Below are positions 12,501-27,500 of a stretch of DNA of 64,000 nt, piece by piece. The first letter of the stretch is position 1. Each line of letters starts with the position of its first letter. Location: positions 124,001 through 188,000 of the forward strand of contig NMRA01000138.1 in the NCBI GenBank assembly GCA_002633005.1, written 5' to 3'. A model generated the notes under the pieces. It had not been told where the DNA came from and did no database searches. It was given only the letters and a program-made list of their open reading frames with translations. Position numbers and translations under genes: made by a program. The stretch comes from Phoronis australis. Taxonomy: Eukaryota; Animalia; Phoronida.

Positions 12501-15500
12501 ATATGGTATTGACAGAATTAGCAGTGTTTTCAAGACAAAAACTTCTAATGGAACATGTTTAACTAATGCCAAAGATGAAGAGACAGATAAACCCCTGAAT
12601 TATTTAAAATGTCTGATGCATCAACCATAAGATTTTTTCCAGAAACTGTATCAACCTTAATTAACTTGAATTCCCTCACAACAGTGGTGAGTTAACAAAC
12701 ACATTAATTATCGCAAAAAGTAATAAGAATTGTGCTCAATTAAATGCCACAAACTGAAACCATAATAGATATTTTATCAAAGAACATCCTTGAGGCATTT
12801 CTGCAAATCTGTGGCCATAACAAAACCGCAACCAAAATTCTCAAGACTGTAAAAACTAGAATTGATTGAAGATATAACCCAGCACCAAGCGTGGCAATCT
12901 ATGTATGGTGTGTTCATAATTTCCCTTACAGCCTACACCATGGAAATATACAACAAAACAGACCAGCCAGTCAGGCATATCTACAAACACACTGTGCACT
13001 AAATAAGGGATAACAATGAAATAACGGCTCAACACAACAGAGATCAGGTTACTTTCAGTTCCTGTGTTGTATATCAGAACTCCAAAATCTAACGCAAGAG
13101 CACATTTTTGCAATCAACATTCCAAAAACTGAATTTTTGTTAAAACATCAACTTAAGTACGACTTTCCACCATTTAAATATTAATAACATAATGAATACT
13201 TAACATATATACCAACATCCACAACATTCTTCTTAATAAGGCCTAACAGAGAAGTCTTGGTAAAAACCTTCTTAGTTAATTAATATGTCTATCACCATTT
13301 GTATGGTGTGATAAACGGCCTATCAGCTGAGACCAGATAGTTCATTCATTACAAGCAGGATTGCCCAGAATGTCAACAACAAGCATTCACAACTTGACCA
13401 ATGAAGTACACCTTAGGCCACCCACTCAGCAAACAGCACTATGATTACCAGCATTAAGTATCATAAATTAAGGTAATAATTTAGTAAATATTCATACCTA
13501 TTTGACGGTCACATCCCCAATTAACATGAACATTCATGATACATGTCAGACTGTGCTGCACAAGATATTATACAGTTTACACGTCAGCCACCATCAGCTG
13601 AACTCAGGCCGGATACCACGTACATATATTGTAATCAATACACCACTGCTTACAGTCTGGGTCAGGGAATGAGTGGAGTCATCTAGTGGCTGATAGAGAA
13701 ACTAGAAATATTGTGTGGGGACAATTACACCATACAGAACATAGAATAGCAAAGCAAATACATTTCATAGTTGTATTCACTGCTCACTTGAAAAACAAGT
13801 TAACCTTCACAGGTGAGACATACCTTATTCTTGTATAAACTGTTCCCTAAGTGGTCATGTCACAGCTGTTTAGCTGTCAATGTTCAATCTTAAGCAAAGT
13901 GTTTTGGGGTTTACAATAGTTACCACCCTCAATCTAGAGATGTTGCCAGCAACTCAATGATGTAGGGAATCTATACAAACACCATTTTCAAATTGTAGGG
14001 TTGGCAAACACCAATAAACTATGAAACCATCAGCTGCTCAAGAAACCCCTTCAATGTTGTTGTTGCTAATGGAAATAGAATCTCATCGTGATAAGAAACA
14101 TCATGAGACTGGTTTTATGAGAGTAAACGACCTAATTTGATTTTTGTTTTTCAGCCAGCTAAACAGGTCTAAATGTAACTTTAATTGAATTTAGAGAAAA
14201 GACTCTATCAAAAGCACAATTCAAAATCATGCAAGTATAAAATACAAAATTACTGCATCCAGAAAGTACGGATCATATTGTATAAATGAGTGATCACCTA
14301 TTTTATTATTAAGAAGTATCCAAAACAAACTGAAATATGTAGGAAATATATAGGTCAGTTTGTTATGATAACATATGCATCATATAGAATGGCTACGACA
14401 AAATATCTTACCTGGCTTTCTCTATCCTTTCTTGTTCACTCTTCTGCTGTCTCTCCAATTCCAACCTAGAAAATATTAATTATGTGGCCATCTTGTTACA
14501 GAACTTACATAGAACACAAAAAACACAGAGACAATTAATATCACCGCTACGCAGAAGGAAGTAGGCTTAAGTTATTTAAACAAATCAAAACTTACTTAGA
14601 AATTCAACATACATGTCTTTATCCAAGATCTCCAACAGTCACAAGACAGAATGGTCTTCAGCCAGTTGGGCTTTTACAGGTAGATGCATACACACATTAC
14701 AATAGATTGTGGAATTTTGATCATACAAAACAATGAAACCAACCAATGAAAATGAAGAATGGAAGCTACATTTTCAGCAAACAGGTGTCCTGAATGATGT
14801 ATATTCCACAAATCACAAACCGAGTTCAGAAGCAAGTTGACATGGAATTTGGTATAAAATTGTAAAATAAATTATCCCATCAAAAATACTACACAGCACG
14901 GGCAAACATTATTGTAAATATTTGCTTCATTACTTAAACACTACAGGAGCAAACAGATTTACTTAACCAAATAGGAAAACTTTTACACTCCCAGTCGCAC
15001 TGTAGATCAATGTAAAAACAAACAAGAAAAAAAATGTCGTTTGAGACCAAATCATTGTCCAAGGTATCAGTATTCTCAGGCATGAAAAGCAAGTAATGAC
15101 AACTACTGTCAGTGGATGCACTTGATTGACTCTGCCGGTTTTGCTGGATCAACTGGCTAAGACTTCCGATTGGTTTTCGATACCAACTTTGGGCTTAAAA
15201 ACCAATCAGATGTCTCAGCTGCTTGAAACGGTGGTACTGGCTACATTAATTAAGTGCAGCCAATAACTATCTGAATACCAAGTAAATATCATAGGGCCAA
15301 ATTTACTATGAACTATTTTAATCAAGAGCATTGCTTTTGTTGTGGCGTAATGCCTTGACATTCCTGTAAGAGGTGTAACTTAATGGCATCTTAAAATAAT
15401 GGGAATGCTTTACCAAGACAGAATGCGCACAAATGGAGACATTGCACCCCCTGACAAGTTATGACAGTGATGACAATGAAAATACTGAGATATTATGATC

Positions 15501-18500
15501 TTATTACGTATCCTGACATATTGTTTGTAACTTTATGCATCCAGTCTTGCCACAACATGACACTGACCAGAGGTCTACATTCAAAAGAACATTCTAAATT
15601 CAAGAATTGTAACAGCAGCTTGAGTTCACATCACAGTAGCGTAGGAAATTACTAACCCTAGACTTTGCCAAGAAATTTGCGCTCTGAATAACTGGGGTAG
15701 CATCAAGTGATTGAAAAAACTAAGGTCAAAATAAACAATGGCTGTCATAAACAAAACTAGAATCAACAAACACCAACTGATAAATACAAAAATAGATGAA
15801 TTAGTTGTGGTGGAGAACGTATGTAAGTAGACAACTTGAGAAGAATAAGGATAAATTGTTAAGAAACTCCAACAAATTTCTGAGAAATAATAACCGCTGA
15901 CCAGCTCACCTGATGTCCGGTAGTGAGGAACTTGGAGTAAAAAATAACAATGAGCTAAGTGGAATATTTGATGTTCTTACATATGTGGAATTTCTTACGA
16001 TTTTATAGCACAGATCAGATGTCTTATTAGACAGTGTAAGCCATCAAAAGCCTCGATTAAATTTAGGTTTACTCGTTTATTCTGATCCATAAAGGAGAAA
16101 TCTTTTTTCAAAATATTTGAAGAAGGACAGTCTCATCTCTGCTGAGCACACTACACTCCATGAGGGTCCTCAACAGGTTCACATGTCATTCACCCTATTA
16201 CATAAACTCAAGTTAAGACCGAGCGCGAAGGAGGCGACATAGTGTAAAGTCCATTAGTCAAAATATTATTTCAACACCCCCACAAGTGAAAACCAGTAGA
16301 CCAGATCTCAATGACCTTTCAGTCCTTGTAACACTCAAGAAAGACAAGATGAAGCATCTAACTCACCCAGGATTGAACATGATGAGCGGAGACATAGCTG
16401 TAGGTGAAGGAGACTCCGGGTCAGTTGGACCATTTAGCGGGAGCGAGCCTGCACTGAGGGTGCGTGCCAGAGATTTGTGAAGCATGTGCACATTATCTTC
16501 TGTCAGGTCACCCGCGTTTAATGACTGTCGGTGACGCCGTAATTTTGCAGCCTCAGCGGGGTTGTTGAAACGGAACATGTTGAGCCGACCGATCAGTATA
16601 ACATCTCCTGAAAACCCAGAACAAAAACTGCATTAGTTGAAGCAGATGGCGTAGGTTCATGAACATTATGGGGAAAAGTCGTGAAGATCAAAGGAAAACT
16701 TACAGAAGCACACCACAGACTTTTCACAAAAACAAAAGTGAAGCAGATGAGGGTGTATAGTTGTTACTGATCTACTCAGACAAAGATAGCATCAAAGGGA
16801 ATGGTAATATGTTAGCTTCACTATGCAGTTTTATTGAAAAGGATGAGAAAGTTTTTAATCAGACTTTGTTTTGTTCATTTTTTAAACAGCGATCCAAAGC
16901 TGCATTTGATTAAATTTCGCCCCGGTACTACTGACTTGAGTCCAGTAGTGGCATTGTTTTCAGTACGCAATGTCTTACCAAGCACACATTGCAGTGAGTG
17001 TAACTAGTACTACTTCAAATGGCCATCAACACACAGCCTAACGAACAAGTTGACAACAGTTTTATAACAGTAAGTGGTTGAAATCAAAAGTTCATGTTTA
17101 ACAAAGGTTGGGTTTACACCAGCTTTGATGTTATTTAATGCGGGCAACTTAGTCTCTTATCTATTTAAACATTTACTAGTGACGCTCGTCAATTGCTAAC
17201 ACTTACCCTGAGTGAGTCGCGTCGGCTGCGTCACGTCTGTTCCATTCACTGCACACGGTGCCCCCTGGTTGGGATACAATGTAACAATACCCGATCGGTT
17301 CTTGATAGTACAATGCTCAGGGAGAATGTAAGGTCCATTCAACACAATGTCTTGCTCAGTAGTGCTATCCTCCGTACCAACTCGTGTCCTGCCCTCCTAC
17401 AAAATGTAAATCACAAGTTTTTATCCAGAAATGCGATGATAGCCGTGCTTGCAAGATAGTCATTCACGACTGTCTTTGTGTTTCAGAATGTGACAAAATG
17501 CACAGAACTGAGAAAAATACCAGTCACAGTGTTTAAAAATGCATGCAAAATATTGATACTCTGCATTTGGGAGTAAAACCATGCTTTTCCCCCAATAGAT
17601 AGACTCGTACACACATGCCCATTGGTTCTGAGTTACTCTAGGTGCAGTACCTCCAGCTGTAGTGTTCAAAGAGTCTGGCATACAGAGGTTTTGGATACAG
17701 TCACAGGATTTGACCAACAGCTGTAGTGTTTACAGATAGGGACAGTACAAGATATTCTTGTAAGCCATTTGCGTGTGGAAATATCTCAACAAGAACATGT
17801 CCGACAAAAAATAATGCAAACCCGTTTCCTGATATATAACACTAAGAAAATACATTAAATTACAATTAAAAGCTATCTAAACATACTCATATGACTTTAT
17901 CATTTTAGTGGTCCTTTGACATTTACATTGCCTATCATAATCTTACATTTAATGCGTAGTTTGGACATAAAATTTACGACTTAATGAATAATACGTCTCA
18001 TTTGATTGTGCTGAAAATGGAGCCAAATGAAATGAACAACTTTTTGAATTATAAACTGCCAAACAAACAAAGCAGCTACGTACTAGCCTTCTGTCAAAAA
18101 CAACTTTTGCCTTAGACTACTTCCCATTGTTTGTAAAACTGGTCTCAACTTGTTCCTAACTCAGATTGTTGCACAGGACCAAGGCTCAATCAGTTGGTAT
18201 AAGCCTCTGTGTCATTTAATGTGTCAAAAGAAATATGTCTGACCAAATAGGTTGGTTCCATTAGTGAAGGTTAGAGTAAAAGTTAGTGCAGTGGCCACAA
18301 TGCTTTTAGCCCATAAAGTAACCAGCCAGGTCCAGCCTACTTAACGAGCATACTTAGCTTAGTTTGACAAAACTTGTTCAAGTTTAATCATTTATTTCCC
18401 CAAGCTTCCTTGCTTCTGTAGTAACCAATAATCAGTGGATCAGCTTGAAAGTGGACAAATCAGGCTTTACAAAAACATTTAATAAGCTTGTTGGATCATT

Positions 18501-21500
18501 CACCCTTTTAACATCTAATTCCAAGCTTGGGCAACCGTGCCTCTTGAATAAGACTGCTGGTCAGTAAAATAATTCAAGCTTACAAAAAGTGAATTCCCAT
18601 CACCAAATAAAACTTTTTCTCACCAACTGGAGATCAAAATTAACAGACCATGCATGACCTGACATATGCCAGTAAGGTATTCAGGCTCAGACCATGACCT
18701 GACACATGCCAGTAAGGTATTCAGGCTCAGACCATGGCCTGACATATGCTAGAAAGGTATTCGGGCTCAGACCATGACCTGACATATGCCAGCAAGGTAT
18801 TCAGGCTCAGACCATGACCTGACGTATGCCATCAAGGTATTCAGGCTCAGACCATGACCTGACATATGCCAGGAAGGTATTCAGGCTCAGACCATGACCT
18901 GACAAATACCAGCAAGGTCTTCAGGCTCTGAGTTGAATGTTGAATTAAGCTTGAGTAACATCGCCCAATCTTGAATAATATTATCCACGCTTAAAAAAGG
19001 TTGTGTACATTTTATCTTTAATAATCTTGCCAGTTAAGATGACAATTACCAGGCTTCATGAATTTAATGTTGTAGTTTCAACCATGACCTGAAAGTTGTT
19101 TCCAAGAGCTCACTTTTAATCGAATTAAGGAACAATTCAAGATTAATTTCACAACTGTAAAAGGTCTAAATCAAAACAGGTTCACAGCAACTTTAGATTG
19201 GCTGTAGAAAATGTTTTCCTTACACTGTATATCAGGCTAGGATGCTCTGTCAAGTAGAAAATTCCGCTGGTCTTGAGAACAACTGCTCAATAAGACAGGC
19301 AACTGAAGCCAACCCAAGACCCCAAAAGGGTGACCCCAAAGTTACAACCACAAAAACCTTGCACATTTATGTATGAATGATGTTACATTTCCTGACCACA
19401 TACATTATCAATACCTTGAAGTAGTATATTCTTTAACCACTAAGACACACTTGTGTATAGATAATAACCTCATGAAAGATATCTATACCTTGAGATGATA
19501 CATGATAATGCCAGTACTCAGTATGTCATCATCCATGCCAATCAGGTGAGGTAGTTCCGAGTCGACAATGACCCCCATGGAGCTCGAACGTCGACCCATG
19601 TGTCGACTAATTCGCATATCTGACTCGCGCATTATGTTATGAGCCTCCTGCCATTTACCAATCCAATGTTCCATAAGATTCTTCGCCTGTAAATCAAATG
19701 CTTTACTAAAATGCAGAAAACCTCACATCAGTTGGTGTCACTTCTTTGAATGCTTCTGCCAGACACAACTTTCTAAGGAAATTCACATCAAATCAGTTTT
19801 TATTTCATCAAGAAATGACCTCTTGTTTGGTCATATAAGTCTATGCAAAACACTGGCTTTCAAATCAATATGCCAACGATGTAGTTATTGCAGACTGTTT
19901 TGCTTTGTATCATGAGATTCCATGAGGATAGTGGCGCAATAATAATTGATTCTTAATCCCATAAGTGCAATCAAAACTTGATAGTTATAAATAGGACTAT
20001 GCCCTCAACTGAGCGAGTAACCAAGACAAAGAACTACAAAACAAATGACATCCAAAGCAACACTAAAAATTTGTCAATTTGAGATAAAACTAATTGCCAA
20101 CAAAATGCCAGTTTGGCTTAATACACTGTTACAGATGCTCACGTTTTTACCAATGTTCAAAAGGGATAGATGTGCAAAAGTAGAGTGGGAAATAAACTCA
20201 CCTAACTTATACTTATTAAGATATCTGACATTGAAATTCTACTTTTATGTCATATTGTGTTCTTAACTGAAGACTTTTTTACCATAGGAGGTTGCTTAGT
20301 GTTAGACAGCGAACAGTCTCTTAGGGAACTTCTACATTACTAACAGTTCCCCGCAAATTTCTCACGTTTTCATTTTGCCAGTCGGCGATACATGATTTCC
20401 TTTGCATGCACCCAATGAACACAAACTTGCATTCTAAACCTACTTTTTCTTCATTCTCCTCCAACTTCTCAGCAATGTATGTCCCAGCCTCAGTTAGGTT
20501 AGACATTGATCCCACCTGCAAGAACATAAACACCAGAGCGTAATGGAGCAGAGATTTGATAGTTTAAGACTTGTACTTTAGGATGAAAAACTAAAACGGC
20601 AACTAAAATGATGAGTATCCGAGTGAATTAGGCACAACTCTATGGATCCAAAAATATTTCAAAGGGACAAATCTGGAAATTTGACCATATAAGAGGCCAC
20701 TAAAGCACATTATTTCAAGGAACAAACTTTATTTAGAAGAAGAATGAAAAGCATTGAAACGTGCCCTCGACAGCACTGCAAGTGGTATGCATCAACTATA
20801 ATAAAATGTCCACAACGGGGCGCTGAAAACACAAAACTTTTCTAAAAATGGGAAGATATCGAAGTATCCCTAATACAAACGTATTTATTTAATTTTATGA
20901 AAATCCATCAATTAACTCCAGAGATACAGAAGCAAATATAAAAAAATAGAATTGTCCCTAAAAGGCTAAAATAAAAGCTGTTGGATCCTCTCGAAAGAAG
21001 TCATCTATTGTCCCGTTCATAGGAATGCAGTTGACAAATTTCACAAAGATGCTGGAAATACAGCCGTGCCGCACCATAGTACTCAGACATGTTCAAATCA
21101 ACGCCAGCCATAGCCTCCTCATCCAGAACACATGATATTGTGCCAATTTTCATAATCATACTTTGATCAGTTTGACACAGATAGAGAGGTGGATGACAAA
21201 AACAAAACACGTTAATAACGGCCACTCACTGGCACAGAATACATGAAATCCATCTGAAAATGACAAGGCATAGTCGTCTTCTTACTAGAAACCTATTTGT
21301 CAAATTTCATAAAAATCTGTCAAGGAATTCTGAAGATACAAAGATGAACGTAAAAAACTAAAATTAACACAACATCCGTCCAGAAGTCATCATCCATTAT
21401 CACATTTATGGTAATGAAAAACACTTGCCAAATTTCACACAAAGACCCTGCAAGGGGTTAAGGAGATACAGCCACAAAAAAAACAAAAAACAAAATTGCC

Positions 21501-24500
21501 AACAGGGGATGCCAACGTAGTCGGACTGAAAGTCTTTGTCATTTCCAACTTTCAGGAAAATCCTCCTAGGGATTTTGGAGATACAGCAGCAGATGCCAAA
21601 CATTCGGACAGAGATGACAGCATGCGACCACATACTATATGTGGTCACATAAAGCTGAGTCCGAGAAATTGCCTGAAAAAAATTTTCCATCACAAACCTT
21701 GAGACTGTAGACATTGTTCTACCAACAAATAATATCCAACAAACATAATCTGCCAATCACGGACACTGTACACAAGTAAACCTTAGAACAGACAAATAGA
21801 ACCCATTCGCTTGCAAGCTTGGCATGACATAAGCCTCACATGTTAGTCGCGTATTGAGTTGATAGTAAAAACAGCGCGTTTTTGGACAAAGCAAGTGAAA
21901 AATAACAGATATAACGGATACGAGTAACCAGGGCTCTGTGCTGGGTTGCATAAAACTGTCCCACATAGGGACTCAACTAAGTTCCCTAAATCGTTTGCCT
22001 GTTTGTGTCTGTTTACTCACAGATTTAATCTTTTTCTATCATTTCATCCTTATTATGAGATCCTCTTTGACTTATAGTATTTTCTAATAATATAACTAAA
22101 AACTGAGCCCTGAATTCAATGAAAATATATATGGACTCAGTCTTTAATGTAGGGGAGTTGCATGAAAAGGTCCTTATATATGTTTGATAATATTGAGAAT
22201 TCAGCGTTTAGTTCAATCTCGATTTGTTTCAAATCCAAAAAATGGCTTAGTAATGAAACTAAAACTGCATAAGAAAGGACATCGTTTTCACAAGTCCACA
22301 AATACGTAGAAGATTTAGGTAATTTACTCGAGTCCCTATTTGGGACTGTTTCATCCAACCGGGCACTGGTACGTAAAAGCTATCTGATGAATAACAAAGA
22401 TGGCATCACGCCTTCACGTGTCACTCCACACTTGACAAACAAACAGTGCTGATGAAGTCATGTACCAACTGAACCTATCCTGCAGATAACTTAAGTTTTA
22501 TGCAACTAAGAACTGACGTCACAAAACTAGAAATTGCAATGTTCAATAGACTGTGAAGTGTTTAATCCTGGGGGCTTCCTCATAGGGCTGTCAACTGAGG
22601 TAGGTATTAAGCAATTTCAGGTATCATCACAGGAAGGCATTTTACTCTCATGTATCCTCTCAAATGAATTGACCAGATAATGCATTCATTTTGAATTTTG
22701 AATGTGAAGCACCACACCCTACCCCTAGGATTTTAATACCAACTTGACAAAGCCGCGTTAAGCTAACCAGCTTTATCACCAGAACTGACCAACACAGAAG
22801 TGAGAAGAGCTACACTAAATACTACACTACTGAAAGAAAGGAAAAGTTAGCGTTAGATGTATCTCATGCATTTTGGTTGGGAGACGGCAAAGTGCATAAA
22901 TGCAAATTAATGGAGAACATAAACTTGTTAATAAGTTGCAATCAAAAACAAAGCTGCTATCTCTCAATTGCTGGATGAATATGTAAATTCTAATGCATAC
23001 CTCGTGACTATTCAGAGAACTGCAGGTCTCAGCCTTACATTTGAAATGGATACATTTAGCTCAAATTGCACTTCACCTCCACACAGTGCAAATATTACAT
23101 ATAAACCAGACTTTGGAGAAATTTATTTTAAGTTTTCAAATTGTTTGCAAAACTCACAATTTCAGAACGTGGCAAAAATATTGAAACTGTCGCATGTTCT
23201 CGGGATTTTCATCTTCATTTTAGGTAGTTGTTGCTACTACTGAACGCAGAATACGAGAAGTTATCTCCCATTGCTTGTAGCCAAATTCAATTTACGTATT
23301 CACCGATTAGATGAGATACAGCTGCTTTAACACAAAATCATTAATTAACAGAAAATGGTGATACACATGCTTGTAAACATAATGCAGGGTCTGGGGCCAC
23401 AAACCTGTATTTCCCTACTATACATTTTGTTTCTACAGGGCATGAGGAATAGGATTTCATTTTGAAGTGTATGACGCTGAAATTGAGAACACATTAGCAT
23501 ATGAGTGAATTATGACAAGAGGTCAAAGGTTAACCAGCGCGACCGTAAAGACTACAATTATAACGCAATGCGCATGATACCTAAAGTAACTTGATGTGTC
23601 AGTTGATTTGTTAATATTTTAGTACTATCTAAGGTTCTGTACACTTAAAAATCTTGACCACACAAAACCAAGATCAGACTGCATTTACTGTGCCAGAGTT
23701 CACCTTTGAACGTATTTTTGCAACCGTGATGCAATTTTACTGTGACGCATATAAAGTTCACAGTACATGAATGTCACTTGGATGGCATTGAAGCACTTGT
23801 CAGTACCTTCCACTGCTAGCAATTAAAAACAAGCTCTTATCTCTAGGCTACTACATACAGAGAGACGGAAATTCAACTTTTAATCAAATCAGTGGTATGT
23901 AGTTATAATTTGGAATTGAGCCATATTCATTTCCTGCTGACCCCTAACCCCAAACGTAACTTGATGATCACACATTTTTAAGCCATGTGGCCTGTGGGCA
24001 AGCCATGTGGCCTGAGGGCAAGCCATGTGGCCTGTGGGCAAGCCATGTGGCCTGTGGGCACGTGACTTTCTCAAACAAATTTGAACTCTGACACCCATTA
24101 CACAATAAATTCTCAGGAATTTAGGACACTACATGGAGGAAAAGTGATATTTCAATTTCTTGTGTTTTCCAGAAAAGATACGAAGCTCAAATGTTTTGTG
24201 TTCAAGTTGTGTACCATAGATACCACCAGACAACATTTTGAAAATTGTGGGGCATTCGCGTTAAAAACTCTTGAAAATGCAGAAAAAAACAAAAGGTTTT
24301 TGTCTGTGATTGGTGAGATTTTAAAGCAACACAAATCATTTTCCCTCAAGGAATGAAATATCCCCAAGAGAACTAAATAAGTTGACCAGTAATAACTTAT
24401 GTAGTTTTCAATAACGGATATTAATTTAAATGTGAAAAACAGAAAACTGTTGAAGATTTTGAAGGGTCTATCAGTAAAGACTATATGCTAGACAACACCA

Positions 24501-27500
24501 CAAGGCTACAACTATCATTCTCTACAACACAACAATGGGTAAAGAAAGTCAAAGGAAGCATACCAACTAAAAGTGAGACGAAAAATGATGTTGAAAACAA
24601 GGACATTACCAGAAATACATTTGCAGAAAGACAGAAGGAAAAGTACACAACTTAAATAAGAACAAATTTAAAACTTTTCAGGAAACTTGCATGGTGAACT
24701 TCGTTAATGCCTGAACAACCTAACGAAATATTTAAACTATGTTACATGGGATAAGTTGAGAACAGGAGCCAAGCAAAGACTCTAACTAAACTGCCTGACT
24801 TACCATTTGAGCCTGAGATAGTAGCATTTTAAGAGTCTGGATCTCTGTACGTAGTTCACGAATAATTGTGACATTAGAATCCTGCAAAAATAATTACGAC
24901 ATACATAAGGAATCCGAACTTTCCTGGGATAATTTCACAACATAACCAAGCCATGATCACAAAAGTGAGTGCAAGAAGTTAGAAGAAAACGTGTATCCCA
25001 TAATCAAGGTGAAGTTACTGTAACATTTCAAGGGGAAAGCTCTTCCTATGTGTGGCTTAAACAAGAAATATGCCAGTAATCTCTCATAACTTTTTCCAAA
25101 TTTGTTTCACAGGAAAAAATTACTTTCTTCAGCGTTAAGGAATCATTAAGAGATGACCAATGATTGAAATAAAGTGACCCAAAAGTGACCCAAAAGTGAC
25201 ACAATTTCCTTGTCAAAACTGGTAGCTTTTGACAGCCCTTTTTACTTGCTGAGGACTTGAATTCTCTATTTCACAATGGAAATTGTTTTCTATCATGGAA
25301 CGGAATGGTTTGAAAAATTTGGAATTACTAAGCAATGTTCTGTAGACTGGAAAAACTCAGAACGAAAATTGTTAATTACATGAATTCCATAATTCAACAT
25401 TTCAACCTCACTGATCAAATACTTCAGTGACTGCCATTTTACTAGGGTACACTAGTAGTGTCCTGCAAAACATTTGCTGCTCACTCAGGTAAATTTGCGT
25501 GGTCTTGCATTTTTGTGAGGTTCTTGCGTCTACGCAACGCGGCCCAGGTTTACAATTTATCTCGAGGGTAGTGAAAAGGGCATATCTCCACAAATCTGTT
25601 TGAGATCATTAGTAACTTTATCGACAAGTCTGTGTACACAACCAAATACCTCCAAATACTAAAATTTAAATCAAAGTGACTATTTTCTTAAAAGTAGACA
25701 GCACAAGCAGTTTAATTTTTAACTGGATATCAAGCTGCCATTGATTGGGTCACATGACCAAGACCTTATAGGGTAAAACTTGTTTAAAGAAATGATGTTT
25801 TATGCAAAATTTAGTTATTTTACAATAAACATTAGTACCAAAATATTCGATACAAAAAGTGCAAGAGGTTAAAAACAATCCCTAAAAGGTGAGAGGACAG
25901 TTCAAAATCATAGCATTAAGCAAGTGTTGTTGAACACTACTCTAGCAGCAACAGCACTTGCTTAAAAGAAAATTTGCTGCCAACATACATTCAAGTCTGT
26001 CTTAAGTATCTGAAACTTTCATTTGAACACGATCAGCCATTTCTAAGATTTGGAGCTCTAAGGTTTTTGACATTTTTTGTGGTTACCCAAAACCTTAAAG
26101 AATGAACATTTAAAAGAAGCCAACATTCTAGTTTTCAGTCAGAAGATATCTAATTAGTTGAAGGTTTACCTCGTTAACAGTGGGCCTGTTGATGATCGTC
26201 TTTGCCCGAGTGGCGTAGCGTAGTGTGTTGAGAGTCTCATTATAATAAATACTGGACGGAGTTATGGCTACAAAAACAAGCACTTAAATTAAACTGAATT
26301 TCTTTAAAGTATCACTATGCTTAACATTCACAAAATTTATTTCCATTCTATTAAGGTCAGAAAAAACTTTTCTATTTGCATTTATACAATAGTGCAGAAC
26401 AGAAATTAAAAATTGCAAATATTGAACATTTCAATTTACGAGACAGGATTTATCAAAATCCCTCACTTCAGGTGAATCTCAAAATGTATAATACTGCAAT
26501 TCTTTTTTGTTAGTTTCAGGGCAAAGTAAGAACACAAAATGAATTCTACTCAGACTAATGCTATTTCATACAATCTTGTCAAACACTATAATTCTTTACT
26601 GCTGTTTTTCACACATTATGCCTAAAGGTACATCTTAAGATTGACGTCAGCCTCACTCTATCACAGATCAACATCAGGAAATATACTAAATGAGCCATTC
26701 ATGATCATTTGAGAAGCTGGAGGAAAAATATTTCCACTGACAAAAAATCACTGCAAACTGAGGAGAGTGATACGCCACATTACAATCAGTCATACCAAGC
26801 ATGGGTAATAGTTGGATGTAATATGCTCACGTTTTGAGAAACAGTTTTCTCCACAAAATAACAGGCATCAAACTGGTTCTCAAAATGCAGGCACCTTATA
26901 TGCGACTAATGCCCAAGAATGCATCCAACTGGTTTCATACCACTTTCTTCACACTTTACAATGCGAGCTCACAAACAACTGAGAATAATAAGAGACCACT
27001 GCGGCACATTTTAGTGTCATCAACCAACAGCCTTGTACAAATTTCACTGCATGAGAACACATTTTAAGAATAGCAGGTAACAAAACTTTAGTCACAGTTT
27101 TTTTTGCAAACAATGACACCTACTGGCTATCATGATAGTCTTAGAGTTGCCTCCAAGGCTGTCCTTAAGCAACCAAGTTAGTACAGAGTTTCTGTATGGC
27201 ACAAAAGTTGAGCGGGGTTTCCGGGGCGTCCCTGGACCAGAACTGCAGAGTGTGTCCCTGCTGCTGAAGAAACTCTGGGTAGAGCCCATATTGAATGAAG
27301 GGGACAGGCCAGAAGAGGAGCCAAGGGTGGAACTCATGCTGTCACTGGCCTGGAATGTCCCTGATTGATCAGCTAGAAGAAGAGAGAAACCATATACATC
27401 ATTCTGTAACTGACACTAGGAGGCGCCAAAGCTTGAGCTCATGCTGTCATTGGCATGGAATGTCCCCGATTGGTAAGCTGCAAGAATGGGTAATTTTTTA

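Noticed and set aside
20195-20230. Strong donor-like ttag/GTGAGT in intron 11
   Set aside because: The nearest acceptor gives a segment with an in-frame TAA and there is no useful pyrimidine tract.
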